A DNA stretch of 64,000 nucleotides from Saccostrea echinata. Its lineage: Eukaryota. Position 1 is the first letter of the stretch. Every line of letters begins with the position of its first letter. The position numbers were made by a program, and so were the translations under genes. Shown here one piece after another: positions 24,672 through 37,108 of this stretch. The notes beneath the pieces are model-generated. The model had not been told where the DNA came from. It ran no database searches and saw only the letters and a list, made by a program, of their open reading frames with translations. The stretch is from assembly GCF_033153115.1 (NCBI RefSeq), contig NW_026889758.1, positions 11,470,001 to 11,534,000 on the forward strand, written 5' to 3'.

Positions 24672-26403
24672 GCAAATTGTCCGTTAATTAGGTAATATTG
24701 ACCAATTCTTAAGGGAAGTTAATAGCAGCATTGTTCTGGGGTCCGGGATTAGCGGTGAATCGCACACTGTGTTCTTCGTTGACTTATTGATTTGTCCAGT
24801 AAACAAGAAAATACCTTTTTAAAAAATGATTCACAATGGAGGATATTTTACTTATTTCGAATATATATTTGGATAAATTGAAAGCAGAAACGGTAAGGAT
24901 TTTTTATATGTGTACATTTCTATAAAGGCTTGGTTCATGTCTCTGTGTTAGCTTCCGATTTTCTTTAATTTTTCTTGAAAATGGCCAAGGAATCTTGAGA
25001 ACTAATAAATGGATATCATTATAGTGGTATTATAATAAATTGTTAGTTTATTCATTTTGTGTTATCGAAAATTACTACTCTTTTTTTTTACCTGTATTGT
25101 ACATGTATATTGCAACGTATACTTTTCTAAGTATATATACATGAAGTTTGTGCACCAAGTAAGTGGTACATTCATATTGTGCAAAAATTCATTTCATTTT
25201 GCAAAGATGCATTTTATTGTAAAGAAACAATTTGAAGGAAGAAGTATGTTGTAAAATATATTCACTGCAAATATTTTGCTGTGTACATATATAATTATAT
25301 TTTAACTTTTTAAACAAAATTGTACAGAAACGTATAAAGGCATTGATGTATTTTTTTCTTTGATAAGTATTATAAAACCCCCAATACCAATCGACAATAT
25401 AATAAGCTCTCATTGATTAGTCGACATAGGACCAGCGACCCATCTCTATCTAGTTGTGCACATCACTGCTTTCTCCAGTGTTGGTTTTTGTCAAGTCCTT
25501 CAAAATCAATTCCCTGACGTATTTCATCTCAATGACCATTGTCTTTAGAAAGTGAAATGACAAACTTTACGGACGGCTATAGAGAACTCAGTCCAGAGTG
25601 CCTTGTACTTTAATTATTGATAATTATTTACACTGGATTCTGGTCCTTGTCTTTGAATTCTTTGGTTTCTAATTCTGTACATTTTAGATCGATTCTTACA
25701 AAGTATAAGTCAATATATAGATGTAAATGGACATAGATACTAGGATCTCAGATAAAAAGAGCGCATTACTGATCTTTGTTTTTATTTAAATACTTCGGCG
25801 CGTTAACTACGGTTAAGCAAATACTTATAGACAGAAATGGTTCAGTGCTTCATGTACGTAACTTTATCCCCCTTTTTCCCAAAAATAACCAACTACAAGT
25901 ACTGTCGTTTTTCAGCTTATTGAAAATAGTACATCGATTGATTTCAAATTGTTAAAGTGAATGAATGTTAGATTAATTCTGGCAACAAAAATCGAGTCCC
26001 GGCCATTCTCCGATTCTCCAGCAGATAAACCGTCTTGTTATCGACTGAAGGAGAAGTGATTGTTGGAATAAAGATGTTGGCTGGGGTTAACTTTCCAGTC
26101 TAATAGTACTAATTTCTTGTGCATTCAGACCTCATTATTGTAAATAGTCTGGAAAACAGCAAAGCCTGTTCATTTCTTAAATTCCTATTAAGGTAACAAA
26201 AGATATCTATAAGGAAACAAAAAGTGACATTTCTAGCTGATTAAGTAATAACTGTTAGTCCAACTTTTTCAATTTGTTTCTCTGTGAGTTTTTGTTTGCT
26301 TATCCTTTAATGTGCCTTTCCCCACAAAAATGACTTTCTTTAATGTAATCCTTTTCTTTTCTTTTTTCAGGACCATTAGTTGATCCTTACTACAACACAC
26401 AAC

Positions 26404-27615
26404 ATGCCGGGAGGAACGCGAAAGATGAGACGAGACAAGGAGATGGCGGCGGTGACATACAACATGAAAGAGGACCGGTGCCTGGAGAAAAGCATGCAGA
26501 CCCTGAATCTGGAGCGATCCTATTCCATGAAACTACTGCAGTTAGATCACAGAATCGTCAAGGTTAATTATAAAAGGCTCAAGGACAAAGTCTCCAGGAT
26601 ACGTTCCTACCTCTCTGTGGACGAAATAAACGAGATGAAGCAATTGGAGGCTGAGGGAAAAATTAAACCGCTGAATACTGTAAATCTTGGAAGTGCAATA
26701 AAAATCGCTGGTGCCGCAAAAAGACTTAAGATTCAAGGGCCAACGCGGGCAAATACCTCTATAACACTGTCATCTCACAAAGGCAGCAATGAAACTATAA
26801 ACAGACCAATGACCGCAAACAATAATCTCAGACGCAGCAATTCTGTGACAGGTGTGTTCATTGATGCCCCCGAACCAAATACGACCAAGAGAAGGAATTC
26901 CGCCGACTTTGGAATGACGACAATCAGGCCACTCAGTGCCTTTGTGGAGAGTGGCTCTAACACTAAACCTCAGAAAACAAAACGCCCAGCTACTTCTCAG
27001 TTAGTGCTTGGTCCTCAGTCACATACTCCGCGGATCAATCCCAATCCAACTCACTCTCCTTACTCATCTCATACCGCGGTAGAAAAAGAGTTCCTACCTC
27101 CACCTAGGACACAAGAGCGAACATCCGGTCTCACGGATGACATAGATAGTAATCTAGGGGATGACCTCATGGAGGAAAGGCGACAGGAAATGATAATGGA
27201 GGAACACGAAAGATTCAGTGAATTGGAAGAGAGAAAGAAAGACTTCATGATGAGGCTAGATGCCTACTTCAAGGAAAACCCCGTCCCTGACTGGTCAAAT
27301 CCTCCACCTATTGTTAAGCTTCCACCATCAGAGGAAGATAAAGAAGATAGCATCAGTACGACCGGAAGTGTGAAGAAAAGCATGAAATATAGACTGTTAC
27401 CCAACAGAATCACACTGGACAAGACCTTCAGGAGTGAGGAGGAATATAAAGCAAAGATCTGGGAACTATGGAAGGACTTGAACAAGTGTCGATATCTGCG
27501 GATCCCTGATGAAATGTTGGACCTTTCGGGGGTTAACACTCTAGCCAAGGACCAACTGAAACTATTCCAGATGCTCAAAAGACAGGACACGAGGCCGAAT
27601 CTCATTAATACATAA
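26404..27615 (+). CDS. Uncharacterised coiled-coil protein, 403 aa, single coding exon (possibly CCDC190/DUF4697-like)
   Basis: Long, higher-GC ORF. Pyrimidine-rich acceptor at 26369-70, 33 nt before AACATGCC. N-terminal helical block and C-terminal WKDLNKCRYLR motif; paralogous to 31518-33173. Confidence 0.88.
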   Translation: MPGGTRKMRRDKEMAAVTYNMKEDRCLEKSMQTLNLERSYSMKLLQLDHRIVKVNYKRLKDKVSRIRSYLSVDEINEMKQLEAEGKIKPLNTVNLGSAIKIAGAAKRLKIQGPTRANTSITLSSHKGSNETINRPMTANNNLRRSNSVTGVFIDAPEPNTTKRRNSADFGMTTIRPLSAFVESGSNTKPQKTKRPATSQLVLGPQSHTPRINPNPTHSPYSSHTAVEKEFLPPPRTQERTSGLTDDIDSNLGDDLMEERRQEMIMEEHERFSELEERKKDFMMRLDAYFKENPVPDWSNPPPIVKLPPSEEDKEDSISTTGSVKKSMKYRLLPNRITLDKTFRSEEEYKAKIWELWKDLNKCRYLRIPDEMLDLSGVNTLAKDQLKLFQMLKRQDTRPNLINT

Positions 27616-27799
27616 AAACAATTGACTTATGACAATACGGTATGAGAGTGATATTAGATCGTAATCTTGAGATGTGAATGTACGGTATATAAGGTACTAT
27701 ATGGACACAGCACGATTCACAGATTTATATTTGATGTCGCATGGAAACAGGAAACAATGTTTGTGCTTAGGGATCACAGGCACTTATTTCTGAAACAAA

Positions 27800-28810
27800 T
27801 TTTCTTACCCGATAGTATAACTTACAAGGGGTACCCCCTCCCAAGAGTTGCAGCTTAGAAATTTTATATCACAACCTCGTATGGTCTAAAGAAGACTCCC
27901 TATTTATTTTAAGGTCAAGATCAGAAATTCATACATTCTGTGTGTGTGGAATTCTATCGTTTCCGGACGATATCTCAAAAAGCCTTTGCGCTTTTATAAT
28001 GAAGTTTTATACCACAACTCCCTATGACCTACAGAAGACTTCTATTGATCTTCAGATCAAAAGATCAATGGTCAAGGTCAGAAATTCAAACATTGCGGCA
28101 AAATGATCCAGATGATACTAGTAAATTTAGATGTTTTTTATTCAATGAATTTTGTATCATAATCCTCAATGTCTTAAAGAATACTTCTTTTGATTTAAGG
28201 GGTCAAAATGCCAAACGTCAGGGTAAAAATTCATACATTCTGTGTGTAACACCTTCATTTCCGGTCCATATATCCACCTTTTCGGTTTTGCAATGATATT
28301 TTGTATAACTTCTTGTGGCATAAAGAAGATCCCTACTGATTTTGAGGTCTAAGGTCGAGGTCAGAAATTCATACATTGCAAAAACAAAAATGTTTTCCTG
28401 ATGATAACTTCAGTTTTCTTAGAGTTTACGCAATAAAATGTCATGTTGTAACTTCCAATAACTTAAAGAAGACCCCTATTGATTTTGAGGTGAAAAAGTC
28501 AAGGTAAAAACTTTAATTTCCATAAAATGATTTCCCGGTGATGAATTTGGTTCTCTTTAAGGGCTTGCTATGAAATTTTATACCGTTTTTCTATCTATAA
28601 TAACTTCTTTTTTTGTAAAAAAAAAAAAACAAAAAAAAAACTATTGATTTTGAGGTCAAGAGGGCAAAGACCAAGGTCAGACACTCATGTATTGCATTCA
28701 GTTTTCAGATGATAACTTTAGTCCTTTGTTAGCTTTTGCCATGAAACTAAAGGTCATGAATTTCTTCAACTTAAAAAAGACCCCTAATGCTGAAAGGTCA
28801 AGGCCGCCCT
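27800..28810. repeat. Interspersed repeat with tandem TTGATTTTGAGGTCAA..GGTCAAGGTCAG subunits (HINE-like)
   Basis: Motif recurs at ~27905, 28045, 28190, 28338, 28478 and 28645. Confidence 0.6.
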
Positions 28811-28926
28811 CACCTTTTTATTTTCTCCATCTACATTTCTTTTTGGTGTTCCACCTTTTTCTTTTTTTCCTTAAGTGGTGGACACAAATTCCCTGACTTA
28901 GCTTGATTTTCTTTTCTTTTTTTTTC

Positions 28927-29214
28927 TTGCTCGCTGACTGGAAATTTCGTTTCACACCACAAAGAGCTATGTCCTAGTCTCTGTCAGAATATCTATTTGA
29001 ATTTTGATTGGATGAAACCTGTTTCTAAAATTACATACATGGAAAATATTCCAGATTAGATGTGGAAAATTAAAAAAATATATATAATATCATTGTATTC
29101 ATTAATTGCAATATTGAAACATTGAGAGTTGAATTTTTAAGTCCTTTTGCTCTTAGCCCGAGACTAGAACATAGCACTTTGTGGCGTGAAACTAGATTTT
29201 CAGTCAGCCAGCAA
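28927..29214. mobile_element. MITE-like element with ~55-bp imperfect inverted repeats
   Basis: TTGCTCGCTGACTGGAAATTTCGTTTCACACCACAAAGAGCTATGTCCTAGTCTC versus the reverse complement of 29160-29214. Confidence 0.65.
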
Positions 29215-31517
29215 ATTTTGGATGTTGTTTATGCCGAGACAAGAAGCAAATATGCCACACATGATTTTGTAGATGATTTTAAATTATCGTAGAAGAGAAT
29301 GGTTATATGAACAGTTTCCTACTGCGTTTTGTTTAAAAACTAAATGACTGTGGAAGAGGGTACCCCGTGTTGTTTGGAGTTGGATCCCATGTTTTATTAT
29401 TATACTAGGGTGTATAAACTTTATTTCAGAAACAAGTATCGGTGCTGGGAGGTAAACAGATACACAGGGAGTTACGGAGAACTGAGGATGGATGCATGAG
29501 GATTTTTTTTTTATTATTATTTTCCATAGTATTTATATATATAGCAAAACAAGTGGCAATAAGTAATGAGATGTTTATTGATAAATTTGTAAATAGATAC
29601 GCAATGCATTTATTAAACACGCATATATTATATTTAAGCAATTTTGTTGATTGCTATGCTAATAAATCTTTATTCTAGTACAGTTCATTTGATATGTAAG
29701 CCACATTCCTCAACCCAGTGTTGAGGAATCAGTCTGGGTTTAATTATCACCAGTGATATCCATGATTCTACAACACAAAAAATGATTCAATTGGCATAGA
29801 TGTTAATTGTATATACTTACAATGAACGAAGATGTTTAATGTGTCCGTGTCACTTCTGAACTCAAATGACATAGTCTTAAAAAGTCTTAAAGGTGTTTTA
29901 TATTTCACTTCTGAAATATGATGTAAAGAGTAAAATCTACTTATTCATAATCAATTCAATGTAAATGTCATAGGAATAATTAATTATAAGTTTTCAAAAC
30001 ATATAAAGATGGAAAAACCTTGGTTATCTTGCCCGTAGAGCATTTTTATTATCAAATGTTATTATATGTTTTCTATTAAGAACATTAATCATTATCAAAC
30101 AACCTTCAGAGAAACACCAAAAGAAGTCTGAAAATGATGTCTTAGTAAAGTGCTATAGTGCTTTTAAAGGGCTCGAGATAGTATTTATAGTTGCGTGATT
30201 TGAAAGCAATTCGTATAGCCAATACTCTGATTCACTATCATCGTCTCCAGCCACTGTCCGGAGTCTGAATATAGCTCTCTCCTTGGAGAGGATCGTACAT
30301 TTTGGCCGTGGTTTGCGACGATGGTTCACTATCAACATTTCCAAAATTACAGAATAATAATTTTACTCCGAATCAGGATTTGTGAAGCGAATCACTACAC
30401 TATTTTGATTGATATTTTTATCTATTAGTGACGCAAAGAAACGTCCGTTGTAAAAAAAAATTTTGATTACGTATTCAACACTGGACGAAGGCTCAACATA
30501 GTTAACTAAACTAAGTATTGGCCCATTACTTCAAATTTCACTTATTAAGCACGTTATTTATTGACAAAATCTTAATAATGGAATTTTTTTAAAAATATAT
30601 CTGTATTTACAAAGCACTTGTCAGGATCCACCTGTCTTTGGAATATTAAATCTTGAAATTCAATACATCACGTTAGGACAGAACCATTTCTATCGGCTTT
30701 GCAAAGGTCAAGGATCTGAAAAGGATCATAAATCGAAAAAGTCACTGTTACAAATTATATATGCACATCGGATTTCATGATTATAAGCTCTAAACCACCA
30801 CCTTTCCAAAAGCTACTATTTGTGTAGAAAACAATTCACATGCAATCTGACGTAGTCAAGGACCACTGAATGAGCACAGTCTTTTTTATCACACTCCTAT
30901 GTAACGAGAGAAAGATCATCATTAACTTGAGATATCTAAGTTAAAAATTAGTAACACTTTGGTCTGAACGCCTTACTCCGAAGTTAGTCGAACGACAACC
31001 TTTATCATCTCGTAATTTATATATTTTTTTCTTTATTGAACCTTCTATTCTGCAACGAATATCTTTTACATCTACCAAAGGACCTCTGTGTCGAGGCTAA
31101 AGTTGTTAACTTTGGATTTTTTTCAGTGACTGACATCACTGAAAAGTGAGTAGTATCATCTAAATGATAATTCAAAGGTTATGTCAAAATCAAATCATAA
31201 TCACAATAAGAATTTCCTCATCCAAGAAAAAAATTACAGTCAGAGGAATATTCACTATAAATTGTTTTCATCATTGACAAAGCAGTCGGGGGAATATTCA
31301 CTATAAACTGTTTTCATCATTGACAAGGATATGGTGAAGATATTCAAACACATGATCAAGTATCTGGGCATGTCTTTCCTTGGGAAGACCGCCATGATTA
31401 ATGGCACACGTTTGTATTCCTGTTTTATAAAAACCGGAAAATCTAAATGAAGCACTTTCAATATGTAAGTAAAATACAAATTCCAGTGTTCTTAGGTAAA
31501 ACTTCATTTTAAACATA

Positions 31518-33173
31518 TTATTTTTTGTCTAAAAACTTTCCAAGTCGATTAAGGTAATTAGACACTTTTTTGTCCATAATGCTTCGCACTTCGTGTTCTT
31601 TCACCAGCAGATCATGTCGTATTTCGGCCTGTAGATTATTCCCCAAGTCGTCACCAATTTCATTGGATAGGAATGTTGTGCGGCCTCCGGGAAGGCGACG
31701 TGATCTTGTTCCATCTTTGGGGGCATGCGATGAAAACATCGCCTTTGTAGGATTAATACAACCACTCAATGAAGATTTAGATCTTTGTATGGTTGGTTTT
31801 GGAGAATTTAAGGGCATAGTCCTGGTTCTTGATACGTTAGCTGTTTGTGATCTGGGGGTGGTGTTCTTAAATTTTTCTTTCTCGGGATATGATGAGAATG
31901 AAGCCGTGGGTCTGACGTGTTTACGCGGCGTGATTTGGCTATTCTCTAAAATCTGAATGGTTGGTGTTGAAGACCGAGAAACATCTATATGTTTCGTCGT
32001 TCTTGAAGAACTACATTCGTAAAAACTCTGCGAGGATATATCGGATTGTGATCTTCGCTTATTGAGTTCCTTCACCTCCTCTGCTGTAAAAGTCTTTGTT
32101 GCCATCAGTTTCATTTTTCCTTTAGTGGGCTCCACCATGTCCAGATCTAAGGCAGACCCACTGTCCAGACTCAGAATAGATGGGGTAGTACTGTCAATCA
32201 AATTGTCACGCACAACGTCCATTCTAGATTCTGGACGTGTGAAAGGACGTTTTTGTTCTATTGTTTTAATCTTGCATTCATTTTCTTCATTTTTTCCAAC
32301 TGCTTCTTGTAAAGAATTGGAAACGTTTTCGTTTCCCTCCACGTGTATTCCATTAGGTTTACCATTCTCACCATTTACCTCCTCGTTTTGTATTAAATTG
32401 TTGTCCTCCTTTACAATGCTTAATCTGTGATCGTCCAAAAACCTCTTCCGAACATGTGCAGAAGCACTGATTGTTTTTCGTTCCGAAGAATGTCTTTTGA
32501 GCGGACTTCTAAGGGAAGGATAATCGCCTCTGGGTGGGAGCTTTGTTTTTCTCTCGCTATTGTTTGAAGTCTCATTTTGATTGGAAATTGTATAATTATT
32601 CACTTGAACCTTAGAAGGCACAGAACTTTCACTTGATTTTCCTATAGCACCTTTAATTGAGTCTTTTGTTTCTTCTTTTTCATACTTGGAAGTTTCAGAC
32701 AACCCGTTTTTCAGTGACTCCCTTCGTGGAAGTTGTCTTTTTTCTGACGACGGTCTAGGGGGTTGTCGCGGTGTGTTTGTAGAATAAGATCGTCTAAGAG
32801 GAATTGCCGTCCTTGGCCTCATGGGTAGATCAAGGTTTAACCTTTTGGCTTCTGCAGTGATCCGCCCTTGAAGATTAGGCGTCACGGATGGGTAAATCCC
32901 TTTTAATTTCCCCGCTTCATCTAACTTTTGAAATTCTGTGATTTCAGTTGGAGTCAGGTTACTTTTAATTTTGGAGACTTTATCCTTGAGTTTTTTCTGA
33001 TACAATTTGACTCCTCTGTTATCGAGGTTAACCAAGGTCAAAGAGTAGTCCTCTTCTACCCCTAAAAGCTGAAGATTCTTTTTCAGACATCTTTCTTCCT
33101 TTAAGTTAAATTTCATGGCAGAAATTTCGGCGTATGTAGTTTTGCCCTCCCTGTCAGTTTTCATGGAAGGCAT
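31518..33173 (-). CDS. Uncharacterised protein, 551 aa, single coding exon; paralogue of the 26404 gene
   Basis: Long ORF. Acceptor (CTTTTCAG) 41 nt upstream of AACATGCC. N-terminus NLKEERCLKKNLQLL..YSLTL..LKDKVSKIKS aligns with NMKEDRCLEKSMQTL..YSMKL..LKDKVSRIRS. Confidence 0.88.
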   Translation of the reverse strand: MPSMKTDREGKTTYAEISAMKFNLKEERCLKKNLQLLGVEEDYSLTLVNLDNRGVKLYQKKLKDKVSKIKSNLTPTEITEFQKLDEAGKLKGIYPSVTPNLQGRITAEAKRLNLDLPMRPRTAIPLRRSYSTNTPRQPPRPSSEKRQLPRRESLKNGLSETSKYEKEETKDSIKGAIGKSSESSVPSKVQVNNYTISNQNETSNNSERKTKLPPRGDYPSLRSPLKRHSSERKTISASAHVRKRFLDDHRLSIVKEDNNLIQNEEVNGENGKPNGIHVEGNENVSNSLQEAVGKNEENECKIKTIEQKRPFTRPESRMDVVRDNLIDSTTPSILSLDSGSALDLDMVEPTKGKMKLMATKTFTAEEVKELNKRRSQSDISSQSFYECSSSRTTKHIDVSRSSTPTIQILENSQITPRKHVRPTASFSSYPEKEKFKNTTPRSQTANVSRTRTMPLNSPKPTIQRSKSSLSGCINPTKAMFSSHAPKDGTRSRRLPGGRTTFLSNEIGDDLGNNLQAEIRHDLLVKEHEVRSIMDKKVSNYLNRLGKFLDKK

Positions 33174-34405
33174 GTTGACTTTTTATCAAAACTGGATGAT
33201 AACTTGAAAAATTACTGAAAAGGAAAGTGGCTATGAGATATCATCAACACATGGGGTGATGTAAATGTAGATGAGCATTTTAAAAAAAAAAATCTTTGAA
33301 TTTTGCAGCTTGAAGATTAAAACGTCAACTAGTCTCGGTATGTCTGTAAAAAAATTTTACAAGGAGTGAGAAAACGGTGAAAACTAAGGCTACCCCCTTC
33401 TCTCCCCTTAATTAATCATAACATTCTTCTAGTGTTTTTATGTCTAGGGTTCCAAGAATTCGGGCTGGTAAATAAAATAAATGTTATAGAGTTAAAATAC
33501 CAAGTCTGAAACTTTATACCATTGACCCGATACTTATCAGGGTTGATCCGGTAAGCCACAGATTCTTAGCCAAAGCCTCGTATATATGCATTTATTCGGA
33601 TTTATCATGCCCTTAAGAGGATAAAATGCATGTTTCAAAAAGGTGTGTTCAGTTACAAGGCCATGCTAAACTAATTCTACGAGGGTTTGTTCAAATCATT
33701 TACAGGCTAATTTTTCGTTTCTAAACTCTCTCTCTCTCTCTCTGCGAAACATTGATTTTTTAAAAACATGATAAAAATATACCATATATTTATATATTTT
33801 GTAAAGAGAATTTTGGAATTGTTTTGTTATTTGCGAGATTAAAAAACAGGAGACATTAAAACGATTAATTGGCAATACTACTTTTAGTAATTTTACAATT
33901 GTAACTTTTTCGTTTTTTATTTTTTGAGCATTCTGTATCAAACAACAGAAAAATGGCTACGGTAAGTAGGGCGTCCACAAAGACTACGTATGGTTGTATG
34001 TGCCCGGAGGATCGACTGGTTTGTATGTTCCCGGCGGAAATCTCATTCAGGATCAGGAACCCCCTTTTTTCAGAATTCATTGCTAAGTAGTAAAATAAAC
34101 TAGGGTACCCACGTATGTTATTACGGAACGCCTTCAATGTAACTAAACCTAGAATATTTATTTTCTATAAAGAATATATAAGGGAGACCTAGTGTTTTTG
34201 TTTTACTCAATTATTTTCAATACTGTACATTACTACATGTAGTTGTAGATTTAATTCTGTTTATATCAAACACTGGTAACGGCTGGAGGAACTCGAGATT
34301 TAGAAGAGGGAGGGGGGTAATCTGAATAAGCTGATAGGATCACATTTACCAACCTTGATTACAGTTACAACTTTATCATTGATAAATCGTTTTGTAGGAA
34401 GAGAC

Positions 34406-34763
34406 CACAGGCACTAGGGGACTGGACCCCCCCTTTTCTATTTTTTTCTTTCTTAAATCTGGGGTCGACACACCTTTTTCCTATTTTTGTATTCTAATAT
34501 GCACTACCTGATATCGATAATGTAACCCTTTTGTCTCAATAAGCTGTTTTTAAATATATCATTTTCGACCAATATACTCTCTTTTTATGAATCAGTCGAA
34601 AACGATATATTTAAAAACAGCTTATTGAGACAAAAGGGTTACATTATCGATATCAGGTAGTGCATATTAGAATACAAAAATAGGAAAAAGGTGTGTCGAC
34701 ACCAGATTTAAGAAAAAAAAATGGAAAAGGGGGGGGGGCAGCTCCCAAAATTAAGTGCCTGTA
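34406..34763. mobile_element. 358-bp foldback element, CACAGGCACT...AGTGCCTGTA termini, 8-bp TSD GAAGAGAC
   Basis: Arms of >130 bp nearly perfectly complementary around a 25-nt loop. TSD at 34398-34405 and 34764-34771. Confidence 0.9.
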
Positions 34764-37108
34764 GAAGAGACCATAGTATTTAAACTTTTGTGCTGTTATT
34801 TAACACGTTTCTGGTGTACTGTACCTTAGTTCAACTTGAACAGTCCTCTCTTCTATACAACTGGACTCGTAGGCTTGACATTACTGTGTAAATGAATTAA
34901 ACCGATGTTCAGTACATTAAGAAATATATAACTGATTTTTTTAATTTACAAGTCTACTCTTCAACTGACAGGACACGTTCATGCTGAAAATTTGGAAACA
35001 TGAAACAAAATACCTTCTATACCGCTTCCAAACATGATTAAATTGTCCGACACCCTGGTCTTCATTTTCACCTATACACATGGCGACGTACATTTCGAAT
35101 GAAGATTAATATTCCAAAGGTAGATGGATTACAAAAGATTAAGTTGTATATGATATGTATATACCTCTCATGTGCTGGGGGATTAACCAGTGAATTAATA
35201 CAATGTGATCCGTATAATCTCACCTAATCAAGGTTTAACAGCAGCCGGATTTCAGCTTATTACAAAGGAATCTGTACTGTCCAATACATACAGATTCATG
35301 TAGAATCAGAGAACTGAAAGATCTGACCTGTGGTGGATCCAGGAATGTAACAACAAAAGGGGGCATGTGCACATTGTTTTACATCAAATTCTGTTGACAG
35401 GCAGAAAAAAGGGTCTAATGCTTTCGTGGGCTGATAGTAAACAAAGTAAAAAGTTAGAGATCAATGGGAAAAGTTATCATTCTGTTCCGAGATTTCTCAT
35501 CCCACTATATTTTCATGAATACATTTAAAATATAGCTTCAGCAAAGAACAGACAGCCCCTTTCAAACCGTCACTGACAAGACCCAAATTTTTAGTGAAGC
35601 GAAGGGACTGGGGTCCGTCATGACCCCATTAAGTCCAGGACAGTGCCCTTGTTTGGGGTCGAGGCCCATCGGAAACCCCTTGGTTTTTGCAAATTAAAGA
35701 CTTTAAAAATTTAGAGTTTTGATATTAAAATTTTGTCATGAAAACAACAAACATGTCTGACTGATATGGGGAATAGATCAGCTTTAGCAAGTAGTATCAT
35801 TATAAAAAGAAAATGGTTGAAAATTCGAATTTAATTTCAAAATACATGTACTTGAATTGTCTGTGCGCTTGAGAGGACAACTTAGAATTATGGAATATCC
35901 AAGGCTCAACATCACTTAAGAAAGATACGAAATCTTTTTATCTAAGTTCTAACGACTTGAACTGAATTATACACAATGCAATATACCAGTACATGTATTT
36001 TAAACCTTTTCTGCCATGTTGTCAAAAACTAAACATGAACATGAAAAGATATACTTGTACATGTAAAATATGTATCATGACAAATTCATATCCGATTTTA
36101 AATGATTTGTGTTTTGAAATGAATTAATTGTAACCTCCACCCAATTTACAATCAAAGAATATATCAATCTAATAAATACGTATACCGCAATTCAAGCCCC
36201 ACCCCATCAAAATGCAAAAATTATAACAATTATTTTTTTAATTATTGATTGAGTACAATTACACAAATAATTTGTTCAAAGTAGTTCATTTGTTTTAGTT
36301 AAAAAAAAATGGTGACACATGTGCTTCACTTGCCTCAATGTTTTTAAATTGTGTCTTGACTGGTGATAGAATGTAATACATCTGCAAAGCTTTACAAATT
36401 GGAGGAGAATTTATTACGTTTTCTTTTTAATGTTCATACTTATCAAACAAGAGGCCCATGGGCCACAACGCTCACCTGCGTAACGTTCTTCACCAGATTT
36501 CCCCCCTTGTAATACTTATTGTGACCCCAACCTACTTCCGGGGGTCAGGATTTGAAGAATTTAAAATCTACAATACCTTTGGAAGCTTCCACATAAGTTT
36601 CAGCCTTTCTGGTCCAGTGGTTCTAGAGAAGAAGATTTTTAAAGAGTTTTCCTATATACTTCAATGTAAAACTTTGATTCTCTAATGTGGCCCCACCCTG
36701 CCCCCGGGGGCCATGACTTGAACAATTTAGAATCTAACTACTCAAGGATGCTTTCACGTAAGTTTGAGCTTTTCTGACCCAATGGTTCTTGAGAAGAAGA
36801 TTTTTAAAAGGTTTTCCTTTATACATGTGTTTCAATGTAAAACTTTGATTCCCTGTTGTGGCCACACCCTACACCGGGGGTCATGATTTGAACAATTTAG
36901 AGTCTACACTACCCAATCCAATTAATAAGCAAATCTCTGATATATGTACAATTGATCTGCAAAACAAAAAAGTTTCTATCTTGAGAACTGTAGGAGATAT
37001 CAACAATTGTGAACAATTGAAAATCTAAACAACCTTAAGAAGCTGTCAAGTACATTTCACTTTTTTCTGGCCTAGTGGTTATTGAGATGATGTTTTAATG
37101 ACACAACC

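Noticed and set aside
31255-31516. Short minus-strand ORFs after the 551-aa gene as a frameshifted remnant of the KCRYLR tail
   Set aside because: Only KDMPRYL loosely resembles it; insufficient similarity.
26542-32430. Antisense ORFs overlapping the two paralogues
   Set aside because: Shadow frames of real coding sequence.
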